In this document: positions 40,841 to 51,553 of the stretch, one piece after another | Position numbering within the stretch: position 1 is the stretch's first letter | Layout of the letters: the number at the start of each line of letters is the position of its first letter | Source of the DNA: an uncultured Collinsella sp. | Lineage (GTDB): Bacteria; Actinomycetota; Coriobacteriia; Coriobacteriales; Coriobacteriaceae | Assembly: GCA_900548365.1 (NCBI GenBank) | Contig: URKM01000002.1 | Location: forward strand, 47,050 to 111,049 | DNA length: 64,000 nucleotides | Direction of reading: 5' to 3' | Position numbers and translations under genes: made by a program | The notes under the pieces: model-generated | Told to the model about the DNA's origin: nothing | Seen by the model: only the letters and a program-made list of their open reading frames with translations | Database searches by the model: none

Positions 40841-40846
40841 ACGCAG

Positions 40847-42511
40847 ATGCAGCTGAGAAGCGATGCTATAAAGAAGGGGCTTGCCCGTGCGCCGCACCGC
40901 AGCCTGCTCAAAGCCGACGGATTGACGGACGAGGAGCTCGAACGCCCGCTCATCGCCGTCGTCTCATCCCAAAACGAGGTCATTCCCGGCCACATCCACC
41001 TGCAGCAGATCGCCGACGCCGTCAAAGCGGGCGTGCGCATGGCCGGCGGTACGCCCCTGCAGGTGAACACCATCGGCGTGTGCGACGGCATCGCCATGAA
41101 CCACGAGGGCATGCACTACTCCCTCACCAGCCGCGAGGTCATCGCCGACTCGGTCGAGTGCGCCGTCCAAGGCCATCGATTCGACGCCATGGTCCTGATC
41201 CCCAGCTGCGACAAGATCGTCCCCGGCATGCTCATCGCCGCATGCCGGCTGAATATCCCCACCATCCTCGTATCAGGCGGCCCCATGCTCGCCGGGCGCG
41301 GTCGCTGCGGGGAGCAAACCGACCTCAACACCCTGTTCGACGCCGTGGGCAAGGTCACCGCCGGCACCATGACGCGGGAGGAGTGCCATTGGCTCGAGGA
41401 GACCGCCTGCCCCACCTGCGGCAGCTGCTCGGGCATGTTCACGGCGAACTCGATCTGCTGCCTCTCCGAGGCGCTCGGCATCGCGCTGCCCGGCAACGGC
41501 ACCGTTCCCGCCGTGTACTCGGAGCGCATCCGCCTGGCGAAGCGCGCGGGGATGAAGATCATGGAGCTGCTCAAGCAGGGCACGACGGCGCGCGACCTCA
41601 TCAGCGAGGCGTCCATCCACAACGGCATGGCGCTCGACATGGCCTTCGGCGGATCGACCAACACCATGCTCCACCTCACCGCGATCGCGCATGCCGCCGG
41701 CTGCCCGGTGACCATGGATGACTGGGACCGCGTCTCGGCCGCCACGCCCAACATCGTTCGCATCGCGCCCGCCGGACCGCTGCACATCCAGGATCTCAAC
41801 GACGTCGGCGGCGTGCCCGCCATCATGCACGAGCTCTGGGACGCGGGCGTCCTCGACCGCGATGCACGGACGTGCATGGGGCCGCTCGAGGAGATCGTGG
41901 GCGCCTATCCGCATGCAGACGGCACCGTGGTGCGTCGTCACACCGACCCCTATTCGCCCGACGGCGGCCTCAAGGTGATGCGCGGCAACCTCGCACCGGA
42001 TTGCGGCGTGGTCAAGAAGAGCGCCGTCGCGCCCGATATGCACCGCCATCAGGGGCCCGCCCGCGTCTTCGAGAGCGAGGAGGACGCCTGCGAGGCCATC
42101 TTCGGCGGCAAGATCGTCCCCGGGGACGTGGTCGTCATCCGCTACGAGGGTCCCGCCGGCGGCCCGGGCATGCGCGAGATGCTCACGCCGACGAGCGCCA
42201 TCTGCGGCATGGGGCTCGACAAGTCCTGCGCCCTCATCACCGACGGACGCTTCTCCGGCGCCACGAAGGGCCCCGCGATCGGACACGTGAGCCCGGAGGC
42301 CGCGGCGGGCGGCCCGATCGCGCTGGTGGAAGACGGCGACATCATCACCATCGATATCGATGCCGGCACCCTCGTCCTCGAGGTCGACGACGCCGAGCTT
42401 GATCGCCGCCGCGCCGCCTGGCAACCGCCGGCGCCCAAGTATACCGAGGGCGTGCTCTCACGCTATGCCAAATTGGTCACCAGCGCAGACAAGGGGGCGT
42501 ATCTCTCATGA
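40847..42511 (+). CDS. ilvD: Dihydroxy-acid dehydratase
   Basis: [50 protein letters not shown]. Confidence 0.96.
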   Translation: MQLRSDAIKKGLARAPHRSLLKADGLTDEELERPLIAVVSSQNEVIPGHIHLQQIADAVKAGVRMAGGTPLQVNTIGVCDGIAMNHEGMHYSLTSREVIADSVECAVQGHRFDAMVLIPSCDKIVPGMLIAACRLNIPTILVSGGPMLAGRGRCGEQTDLNTLFDAVGKVTAGTMTREECHWLEETACPTCGSCSGMFTANSICCLSEALGIALPGNGTVPAVYSERIRLAKRAGMKIMELLKQGTTARDLISEASIHNGMALDMAFGGSTNTMLHLTAIAHAAGCPVTMDDWDRVSAATPNIVRIAPAGPLHIQDLNDVGGVPAIMHELWDAGVLDRDARTCMGPLEEIVGAYPHADGTVVRRHTDPYSPDGGLKVMRGNLAPDCGVVKKSAVAPDMHRHQGPARVFESEEDACEAIFGGKIVPGDVVVIRYEGPAGGPGMREMLTPTSAICGMGLDKSCALITDGRFSGATKGPAIGHVSPEAAAGGPIALVEDGDIITIDIDAGTLVLEVDDAELDRRRAAWQPPAPKYTEGVLSRYAKLVTSADKGAYLS

Positions 42512-44373
42512 CGAACCTCGACGAAAAGCTCGCCCGGCGACAGCGCGCCATCGAGGGCAGGCCCTTCGGCCCCGGCAGCGCGACCGAGCACGAGGGCAAG
42601 ACCATGACCGGAGCCCAGGCCATCATCGCGAGCCTCGAGGCCGAAGGGGTGGACACGATCTTCGGCTACCCGGGCGGCCAGGCCATCAAGATCTACGATG
42701 CCCTGTACGACTCGAAGAAGATCCGCCACGTGCTCGCGCGACACGAGCAGGGCGCGACGCATATGGCCGACGGATACGCCCGTGCCACGGGCAAGGTGGG
42801 CGTGGTCCTGGTGACGAGCGGTCCGGGCGCGACCAACACCGTGACCGGCATCGCGACGGCCTTCATGGACTCCGTCCCCCTCGTCGTGATCACGGGCCAG
42901 GTCACACGCGGCGTCATCGGCACCGACGCCTTCCAGGAATCCGATATCGTGGGCATCACCATGCCCGTGGTCAAGCACAGCTTCCTGCTCCAATCGTGCG
43001 ACGACCTGACGCGCACCTTCCGCGAGGCGTTCTACATCGCCTCCACGGGGCGCCCCGGCCCGGTGCTCATCGACATCCCCAGTGATCTCTCGGGTTCCGA
43101 GATGGTGTTCCATTACCCGGATTCCGTGAACATCCCGAGCTACAGGCCGACGTACAAGGGCAACGCCAAGCAGGTGCGCCAGGCCGCGGGGCTCATCGAG
43201 CGGGCCCGTCGACCGCTCATCTACGCCGGCGGCGGCATCGTCTCGAGCCACGCATGCGCCGAGCTGACGCAGCTCGCCGAGCTCATGCGCATCCCGGTGG
43301 TCACCTCCCTCATGGGCAAGGGCGCCATGCGATGCTCCAACCCCCTCAACCTGGGTCCCGTCGGCATGCACGGCTCCAAGTACGCCAACATGGCCGTGAC
43401 CGAATGCGATCTGCTCATCGCCGTCGGCGCGCGCTTCTCCGACCGCGTCACGGGCAAGGTCTCCGAATTCGCCCCGCACGCCAAGATCATCCACATCGAT
43501 ATCGATCCGGCGGAGATCGGCAAGATCATCGACCCCGCCGTCCCCATCGTGGGCGACGCCAAGGTCGTCCTGGGAGCGCTCTACGAGCGTCTCGTCAAGG
43601 ACGGAGCCGAGGCGAACGACCGCGAATGGGAGCAGACCGTGTTCTCCTGGCGCGACCGCTGGCCGTTCTACGCTGCGGACTTCGCCGACTACCCGGATAA
43701 GATCGCACCCGAGATCATGCTCTCGAAGCTGTCCGACAAACTCGATCCCGAAGCTTCGATCGTCACCACCGAAGTGGGCCAGCATCAGATGTGGGCGCAC
43801 CAGAACATCCATCGCGAGCACGCGCGCACCTTCATCTCATCCGGCGGCCTGGGAACCATGGGCTTCGGTTTCCCCGCGGCCATCGGGGCCAAGATGGGGT
43901 GTCCGGACAACGAGGTCGTCTGCATCGCCGGAGACGGATCATTCCAGATGAACTCCCAGGAGATGGCGACCGCTGCCATCAACAACGTGCCCGTCAAGGT
44001 CATCATCGTCGACAACCGCGCGCTCGGCATGGTGCATCAGTGGCAGAGCCTCTTCTACGACCGGCGCTTCTCCTTCACCGAGCTGGACGCCAATCCCGAT
44101 TTCGTCAAGCTCGCCGACGCTTACGGCTGGCAGGCGATGCGTATCGACCAGCCCGACCAGGTCGACGACGCACTCGACACCATGCTCGCCGCCACGGGCC
44201 CGTTCCTGCTCGACGTCGTCATCCCCATGGAGCAGACGGTCTACCCCATGGTCGCTCCCGGCGCGGCGCTCGACGACATCATCGGCGCGCTCGACGTTAC
44301 CCTGGGCGGCGTCCGCGTAAGCGAGAAGGGCTTCGGCTCGGCGCCCTCCCCCTTCGACACCAAGGAGGCGTAG
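42508..44373 (+). CDS. ilvB: Acetolactate synthase large subunit
   Basis: [35 protein letters not shown]. Confidence 0.96.
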   Translation: MTNLDEKLARRQRAIEGRPFGPGSATEHEGKTMTGAQAIIASLEAEGVDTIFGYPGGQAIKIYDALYDSKKIRHVLARHEQGATHMADGYARATGKVGVVLVTSGPGATNTVTGIATAFMDSVPLVVITGQVTRGVIGTDAFQESDIVGITMPVVKHSFLLQSCDDLTRTFREAFYIASTGRPGPVLIDIPSDLSGSEMVFHYPDSVNIPSYRPTYKGNAKQVRQAAGLIERARRPLIYAGGGIVSSHACAELTQLAELMRIPVVTSLMGKGAMRCSNPLNLGPVGMHGSKYANMAVTECDLLIAVGARFSDRVTGKVSEFAPHAKIIHIDIDPAEIGKIIDPAVPIVGDAKVVLGALYERLVKDGAEANDREWEQTVFSWRDRWPFYAADFADYPDKIAPEIMLSKLSDKLDPEASIVTTEVGQHQMWAHQNIHREHARTFISSGGLGTMGFGFPAAIGAKMGCPDNEVVCIAGDGSFQMNSQEMATAAINNVPVKVIIVDNRALGMVHQWQSLFYDRRFSFTELDANPDFVKLADAYGWQAMRIDQPDQVDDALDTMLAATGPFLLDVVIPMEQTVYPMVAPGAALDDIIGALDVTLGGVRVSEKGFGSAPSPFDTKEA

Positions 44374-44377
44374 CACC

Positions 44378-44863
44378 ATGATCCACATCCTCTCCGTACT
44401 CGTCGAAAACAAGAGCGGCGTGCTGTCCCGCGTCACGGGCATGATCAGCCGGCGCGGCTTCAATATCGAATCGCTGACCGTCGCCCCGACCGAAGATGAG
44501 ACGCTCTCCCGCATGACCATCATCGTGGAGGCCGACGAGGTGGGTTTCGAGCAGATCACCAAGCAGCTGCACAAGCTCGTCTCGGTCTACAAGATCTCCG
44601 ACCTCACGCACTCCGACGCCATCGAGCGCGAGCTCGTCCTCTTCAAGGTGCAGGCACCGCCCGAGCGACGCCACGAGGTCATCGAGATCGCGGGGATCTT
44701 CCGCGCCAACGTGGTCGACGTGGGCAAGAACACCCTCACCGTCGAGGCCACCGGAACCGCGAGCAAGCTCGATGCGATGGAAGACCTCTTCCGCAGCTAC
44801 GGCATCAAGCAACTCACCCGCACCGGCAAGATCGCGATGTCGCGCGGAGCGCACGACCAGTAA
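44378..44863 (+). CDS. ilvN: Acetolactate synthase small subunit
   Basis: LVENKSGVLSRV..RRGFNIESL, EQITKQLHKL, RTGKIA. Confidence 0.96.
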   Translation: MIHILSVLVENKSGVLSRVTGMISRRGFNIESLTVAPTEDETLSRMTIIVEADEVGFEQITKQLHKLVSVYKISDLTHSDAIERELVLFKVQAPPERRHEVIEIAGIFRANVVDVGKNTLTVEATGTASKLDAMEDLFRSYGIKQLTRTGKIAMSRGAHDQ

Positions 44864-45044
44864 GCGCTCTCGCCCGGGCAATCGGGTCCTCCGCGGATTT
44901 CACTCCGGATCCGCAGGGGATCCGCACGGTCCCCGAACCCCACCCAACCGTCTCACCAAGCGCCTGAGCGCTTATGGGAAATAGGCTTCATGCAAGCCGC
45001 GCACGCACCCTACCAGCAGTCATCTATGTAAGGAGAACAAGGAA

Positions 45045-46040
<996 letters not shown>

Positions 46041-46070
46041 CGCATCATCCTGCAACGCGTCGCACACAAG

Positions 46071-46116
46071 AGCCCCCGTGCCCGGAATCCAACCAGCGGA
46101 CCCGAGCACGGGGGCT
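46071..46116. terminator. Hairpin between convergent ilvC and the ABC operon
   Basis: agcccccgtgc/gcacgggggct stem. Confidence 0.55.
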
Positions 46117-46235
46117 TCCCCATACCTCAATGAAAGCAACCCGGTCCCCGCCTGCGATGCGCTCCTCAACCTCAACGAAATAGGAAGGAGCGCCGAGGTC
46201 GGGGACCGGGTTTACGCTGCAAGACGACGGCGAGA

Positions 46236-46985
46236 TCAGGCGATGTGCCCCAGGAAGTCCTTCGTCCGATCCGAGGACGGATGGTCGAAGACCTCCTCCG
46301 GCGTGCCCTGCTCCACGATCACGCCGCCGTCCATGAACACGACGCGGTCGGCTACGTCGCGGGCGAACTGCATCTCATGCGTCACCACGATCATCGTCAT
46401 GCCGCCGCGCGCCAGGTCGCGCATGACCGCCAGCACGTCGCGCACCAGCTCCGGATCGAGCGCCGACGTCGCCTCATCGAACAGCATCACATGGGGATTC
46501 ATGGCGAGGGCGCGCGCGATGGCGACGCGCTGCTGCTGGCCGCCGGAAAGCTGGCTCGGCATGAAATCGACGCGATCCGCCAGGCCCACCTTGGCGAGTT
46601 CCCGCTCGGCGACGGCCGCCGCCTCCTCGCGCGAGCGCTTGAGGACCTTCTCCTGCGCGATCATGACGTTCTTCTTCGCAGACATGTTGGGGAAAAGGTT
46701 GAACTGCTGGAACACCATGCCCAGATGCGCGCGCACCTTGTTCAGGTCCACGCCGTGCTTGGTGATATCCTGCCCCTCGAAGAAAATGGAGCCGGCGGTT
46801 GGAGTCTCCAACATGTTCACGCAGCGCAGCATAGTCGATTTACCCGAACCCGACGGACCCAGCACCACCACGACCTCGCCGCGATGAACGTCGAGGTCGA
46901 TGTTTCGCAGCACGACGTTCTCGCCATAGCTCTTCTGCAGGCCGCGGATGCTCACCACGACCTCGTTCTTGGTTGCTTCGCTCAT
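46236..46985 (-). CDS. Polar amino acid ABC transporter ATP-binding protein (GlnQ-like)
   Basis: [42 protein letters not shown]. Confidence 0.95.
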   Translation of the reverse strand: MSEATKNEVVVSIRGLQKSYGENVVLRNIDLDVHRGEVVVVLGPSGSGKSTMLRCVNMLETPTAGSIFFEGQDITKHGVDLNKVRAHLGMVFQQFNLFPNMSAKKNVMIAQEKVLKRSREEAAAVAERELAKVGLADRVDFMPSQLSGGQQQRVAIARALAMNPHVMLFDEATSALDPELVRDVLAVMRDLARGGMTMIVVTHEMQFARDVADRVVFMDGGVIVEQGTPEEVFDHPSSDRTKDFLGHIA

Positions 46986-46997
46986 CTTGCATTCCCC

Positions 46998-48383
46998 CTA
47001 CAGTCCAGCGATATGGTCGGGCGGCGTCGGGACGACGGTACCCGCGCTCTTCAACGGCTTCTTAGCGGCGGGCCCGGCGTTCGTGCCCGCCGTCGAGCCC
47101 ATCAGGCGGGCCTCCAGCATGCTGACGACGCGCGCGAGCGGCAGCGTGACCACCAGGTAGAACAGGGCGGCGACGACATAGGGCGTGATCGAGCCGGTCG
47201 TGGCGACGATCGTCTTCGCGTACATCACGATCTCCATGACGCCCACGGCGGCCAGCAGCGACGTATCCTTATACAGCAAGATGAACTCGCTGGTCAGCGT
47301 GGGAATGACGTTGCGGAACGTCTGCGGGACGATGATGTAGGCCATGGTTTGCACCGCGTTCATGCCCAGCGAGCGCGCAGCCTCGGTCTGGCCCTTCGGG
47401 ATGGATTGGATGCCCGCGCGGAAGATCTCGCAGAGATAGGCTGCGGAATTCATCGCCATCACGATGACGCCGAGGGTGTAGTTATCGATGTTGACGCCCG
47501 CGAGCGGCAGTCCGAAGAAGGCGATATAGATCTGCAGGAAGGCAGGCGTGCCGCGAATGAGGTTCACGTAGACGCCGGCGATCGCGCGCAGGATCCGCGA
47601 CTTCGAGATGCGCATGAGGGCGAACATGAAGCCGAACGGGATGGCGACCGGGAACGCGACCAGAACGATCGCGAGCGACATCAAGAAGCCTCCGAAGATG
47701 ATGGGCAGGCTGCTTACGATGAGGACCGGGTTGAAGAACAGGCGGAGGAAGGTATTGGAATTCCACGCCTGAACCCAAGCCTGGTCCTCCAAGAAGCTCT
47801 TAAACTGGTCGAAGGGGGTCACGCCTTTGACGGTGACGGCGGGGATGCCCTCGATGTCGCGCTCGGAGCCGTCGGCGAGCGTGTAGGCGCCGGTGCACTG
47901 CATCTCTCCGCCCGCCGCCGGGAACACCACGCCGTAGAGCTCGAGGCGGAAAAAGCGCCCGGCAGGCGCCGCCTCGGGAAAGGCGAGACGCAGGGCCTCC
48001 CCGTCCGCCTCGATCTTCGGCTTGATGAACTCGCGGTCCATCAGGTCCTCCCCCGAGAGCATGGTGAGCCTCAGGTCCTCGGTCTCGAACGCGGTGCCCG
48101 CGGGAACCGTAAGGGAGAGACCCGAAAGCGCCTCATCCGGACCCGCCTGGACCTCCCAGGTGATACGCGTCTCCGTATCGCCCAGGACATCACTGCCGGA
48201 ATCCCCGTTGGGACGGCACGTAAGCTTCTCCACCTCGAGCGCCTCCGCGCGCCCGGGCGTGCCCGCCAGCACGAAGCACGCGAGCAGCGCGAGGCATACA
48301 GCCGTCATGATACGCGCTGCAGCATGGCCCACGGCAGCGCCGCATACCGGCATCCCGAACGTCGGCGTTCCCCTGTTCTCCAT
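46998..48383 (-). CDS. Polar amino acid ABC permease with an extra N-terminal extracytoplasmic domain
   Basis: C-terminal RGTP, AYLCEIFRAGI, GQTEAARSLG, KDTSL; N-terminal signal-like segment plus a soluble domain; start uncertain. Confidence 0.9.
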   Translation of the reverse strand: MENRGTPTFGMPVCGAAVGHAAARIMTAVCLALLACFVLAGTPGRAEALEVEKLTCRPNGDSGSDVLGDTETRITWEVQAGPDEALSGLSLTVPAGTAFETEDLRLTMLSGEDLMDREFIKPKIEADGEALRLAFPEAAPAGRFFRLELYGVVFPAAGGEMQCTGAYTLADGSERDIEGIPAVTVKGVTPFDQFKSFLEDQAWVQAWNSNTFLRLFFNPVLIVSSLPIIFGGFLMSLAIVLVAFPVAIPFGFMFALMRISKSRILRAIAGVYVNLIRGTPAFLQIYIAFFGLPLAGVNIDNYTLGVIVMAMNSAAYLCEIFRAGIQSIPKGQTEAARSLGMNAVQTMAYIIVPQTFRNVIPTLTSEFILLYKDTSLLAAVGVMEIVMYAKTIVATTGSITPYVVAALFYLVVTLPLARVVSMLEARLMGSTAGTNAGPAAKKPLKSAGTVVPTPPDHIAGL

Positions 48384-48512
48384 CGTCTTACCCTTTCATA
48401 CATGAAACAACCTTGGGGAACGTGCCAGCTGCGCTGGACACACGTCCCCTTTTGCCGCCAAAGCCCTCCTCGCGGATGCGTAGGAGGGCCGGCGGGCACG
48501 CTATGCAGCGTC

Positions 48513-49343
48513 TTACTTGATGTTGTACTTCTCCATGAGCGCGTCGACCGTACCGTCTTCGGTGAGCTTGGCGATGGATTCGTTCACGGCGTCCTTGAGG
48601 GCGGCGTTCTCCTTGTTGACCGCGATCGCATACTCCTCGCCGGTCGAGATCTGCTTGATGACCTGCTCGTTGCTGAAGGAGGTCGCGACCAGCTGCGCGG
48701 CGACGGAACGGTTGGTCACCAGCGCCGCGGCCTGGCTGGACTGCACGGCGGCGAAGCAATCGGTCGCGTTCTTGAACGGCACGAGCGTGGCATTCGGGAA
48801 GTTCTCCTTAGCGAAGGCCTCGGCGGTCGAACCGGACTGGACCGCGATCTTCACACCCTCGGCGTTCAGCGCATCCTTATAGTTGTCGCCCGTGATGTCG
48901 GCGTTATCCGTCATCGTGACGATGGCCTGGTCGTCCATATAGTAGGAATCGGTGAAGTCCACCTCGTCCTCGCGCTCGGGCGTGGCGGTGATGGCGGCGA
49001 TGCCGATATCGTACTTGGCACCGGAGGCGACGCCGGGGACGATCGTGTCGAAATCGACGTTCTCGATCGCGAGCTCGAGACCGAGGTCATCGGCGATCGC
49101 CTGGGCGAGCTCGAGGTCGAACCCCTTGTACTCGCCATCCTCCATATACTCGAAGGGCTCATATTCTGCGGAGGTACCGACGGTCAAGGTGCCCTCCGTG
49201 ACCAACTGCATCTCGCCTGCCGAAGCCGAGGCATCCGTGCTGCCCGCCGTATCTGCCGCCGGAGCGCCGCCGCAACCCGCGAGCGCCAGAGCACCCGCCA
49301 TCGCTACAGAGGCCGCGACGACTCCAAACTGCTTCTTAAACAT
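48513..49343 (-). CDS. Polar amino acid ABC substrate-binding lipoprotein (family 3)
   Basis: Lipobox LAGC; YEPFEY, GFDLEL, ITATPER..VDFTDSY. Confidence 0.93.
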   Translation of the reverse strand: MFKKQFGVVAASVAMAGALALAGCGGAPAADTAGSTDASASAGEMQLVTEGTLTVGTSAEYEPFEYMEDGEYKGFDLELAQAIADDLGLELAIENVDFDTIVPGVASGAKYDIGIAAITATPEREDEVDFTDSYYMDDQAIVTMTDNADITGDNYKDALNAEGVKIAVQSGSTAEAFAKENFPNATLVPFKNATDCFAAVQSSQAAALVTNRSVAAQLVATSFSNEQVIKQISTGEEYAIAVNKENAALKDAVNESIAKLTEDGTVDALMEKYNIK

Positions 49344-49410
49344 GGTAGATCCTTCCCCTTCGAATACTCGGTCCGACAATGTACGCATCTGCCATTGCTT
49401 GAGGATGAAG

Positions 49411-49510
49411 TATACGCGATTATGCATTAGTTGGTTCAGTTTTTGCAATTATTTCTTCTATGTTTCTCGTATATACAGATTAATTCTCTGTAATAGCAGG
49501 TTTATGCATT
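49411..49510. promoter_or_regulatory. Candidate tandem ARG boxes (ArgR)
   Basis: 18-mers at 49411, 49432, 49472 and 49493 form two pairs with 21-bp period; half-sites TTATGCATT/TTTTGCAAT. Confidence 0.55.
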
Positions 49511-49706
49511 ACGAGGAAAATAATAATCAGTTGACCCGGCAGCACTTCGCCGCGCATGCAAAAGAGCGGACGATGCCGCGGCCGACGTCGGGCGTGCGGC
49601 ATAAACCGCGACGGGGCTTTTGCCTCGAGCTCGAAAAAGGCGGGGCACAGCATAAGCCGCACCCCGTCCGCATGCCGCGTGGCAAAAGCCCCATCCCGCC
49701 TTGGAC

Positions 49707-50576
49707 CTACCCGGCGAGGCCACGAAGATACGCGATCTCCTCGGCGTATCCCGCCAGCTCCTCATGGGGCGTCTCCAGGATGAATGGGAGCTCGCGCAGG
49801 GCGGGATGCGTCACGATGCGCCGGAGAACCTCCTCGCCACCGCCCAGATCGGGGTTGCCGAGATAACCGCCGCCGATAACCTCGTGGCGATCCTTATGCG
49901 CGCCGCGCGGATTCTTCGAATCGTTGATATGGACCGCTCGCAGCCGCCCCAACCCCACGACGCGGTCGAACTCGGCCAGCACGCCATCGAGGTCGCCGAT
50001 GATGTCGTACCCCGCATCGCTCACATGACAGGTATCCAGGCACACGCCCAAGACGCCGTCGAGCTCGGGACGGCGCTCGACGACGCCCTCGATAATCGCC
50101 GCGACCTCCTCGAAGCTGCGGCCGACCTCGGTGCCCTTGCCTGCCATGGTCTCCAAGAGCACGCAGGTGCGCTGCCCTTCGAACATCACCTGGCACAGGC
50201 AGTCGACGATGAGCTCGATGCCGCGCTCCGCGCCCTGCCCGACATGGGCGCCGGGATGGAAGTTGTAGTAGTGCCCCGGGAGCGCCTCCATGCGCCGCAG
50301 GTCCTCGGCCATCGCCTCGAGCGCGAACTCCCGCGCCCGCTCCTTCGCCGAACAGGGATTATAGGTATAGGGAGCGTGCGCCACCAGGCGACCGAATCCG
50401 TCCTCGTCCAGAATGCGTTGCAAGCCGGCCACATCATCCGGATCAAGCGGCTTGGCGCTCCCCCCGCGCGGGTTGCGGGTGAAGAAGGCGAACGTGGTGG
50501 CGCCGATGGACCGGGCCGTCTCGCCCATGGCGGCATATCCCTTGGTCGTCGAAAGATGACATCCGATAGTCAGCAT
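49707..50576 (-). CDS. nfo: Endonuclease IV
   Basis: IGCHLS, HAPY, NFHPG, LETMAGKG, CLDTCH, HINDS..DRHE, ILETP. Confidence 0.95.
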   Translation of the reverse strand: MLTIGCHLSTTKGYAAMGETARSIGATTFAFFTRNPRGGSAKPLDPDDVAGLQRILDEDGFGRLVAHAPYTYNPCSAKERAREFALEAMAEDLRRMEALPGHYYNFHPGAHVGQGAERGIELIVDCLCQVMFEGQRTCVLLETMAGKGTEVGRSFEEVAAIIEGVVERRPELDGVLGVCLDTCHVSDAGYDIIGDLDGVLAEFDRVVGLGRLRAVHINDSKNPRGAHKDRHEVIGGGYLGNPDLGGGEEVLRRIVTHPALRELPFILETPHEELAGYAEEIAYLRGLAG

Positions 50577-50740
50577 GGATACCCTTTCCAAAAAGATAGC
50601 GGCGCCCGTCGATGCAACGAGCGCCGCGCGTCATTCGAACGATTGCGAACCGAGCATAGCAAGGAGATGGCCGCGCGCTTTCGAGACGGCGCTGCGGGCC
50701 GCACGCGCACAAAACCTCCCGATGCCCGGCGGAAGCGTGC

Positions 50741-51250
50741 TTATTCGGACGAGATCGCATCCGCCGCGACGATGCCGTGCGGCAGCTCTGCCTCGTCCTC
50801 GCCGCGCACGACCTTCACACCGCTCACCTCATCGCCGTTCGCCGGCGTAACCACGAACTGATGCAGCACGTAGTCCATGGTGGCAGGGGTGTTCTCATCC
50901 GGGATCGCCATGACGAGCGTAAGCTGACCGTCGGCATACTCGACGCGCTCGACCGAGGGCTCGGGGATGGAGGAGCCCGCAACCTGGACCTGGATGGAGC
51001 CGTCTTCGCGTTGCAGCCAGCAGTCCCCGGGCATCGCCGCGCCCTCCTCGCCCTCGACGTTGAGGAACGGCGCGTCGCTATCCAAGACGACCTCCCAAGC
51101 GGTCGAGGGATTCCCCGCGACGGAAGCGCTGCCGGCGTCGGAGCCAGCGGGGGCAGAGCCGTCCGTAGCGGCGGGGGCGCAACCGGCCAGCAACAGCGAT
51201 GCCGCGAGCACAAGGGCGCTGCGGCGGGTGATACGTGCGTCGAAGCTCAT
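50741..51250 (-). CDS. Hypothetical lipoprotein (twin-arginine-like signal)
   Basis: TRRSALVLAASLLLAGC; RBS aaagg. Confidence 0.7.
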   Translation of the reverse strand: MSFDARITRRSALVLAASLLLAGCAPAATDGSAPAGSDAGSASVAGNPSTAWEVVLDSDAPFLNVEGEEGAAMPGDCWLQREDGSIQVQVAGSSIPEPSVERVEYADGQLTLVMAIPDENTPATMDYVLHQFVVTPANGDEVSGVKVVRGEDEAELPHGIVAADAISSE

Positions 51251-51553
51251 GGGAAGCATCCTTTCAACGTTGGCACAACGTTTTTGATTATCTCCGATAT
51301 CCCGCAGCGGTTCCAGCAAGCTGCCCGCGCGCGCAAGAAGCCTCCGAACCTCCACGACGAACGGCAGGATTCCTCGACGAGCGGCATGACGGCGGACACA
51401 CGGCCGGTGGGCGCGCTCCATCGAGCAACGGATGAACCGGCAGCCCTCGAACCGGCACCCGGCACGCGCGACCCGCCTTTGCGTTTCATGGCATCCATCT
51501 TACCCGCCTTGGGTAAGATGGTTCAAATGACAACGCTCGAGAGAGGAGTTCGT

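Noticed and set aside
40640..40846. N-terminal extension of IlvD or an attenuator leader peptide
   Set aside because: The extension is non-homologous, has no run of Ile/Val/Leu codons and overlaps the T-box-like structure; ATG 40847 has an RBS
46245..49430. 1061-aa plus-strand ORF
   Set aside because: Antisense to three bona fide ABC transporter genes; no recognisable domain
51260..51553. Purine riboswitch upstream of adenine deaminase
   Set aside because: No purine aptamer core (UAUAA..GAUAUGG..GUUUCUACC) is visible
50777..51553. Long N-terminal extensions in the ORF track (ade; likewise the aminotransferase to 12723 and the PBP protein to 55291)
   Set aside because: Open frames upstream of the true RBS-preceded starts; they overlap other genes and are not fusions
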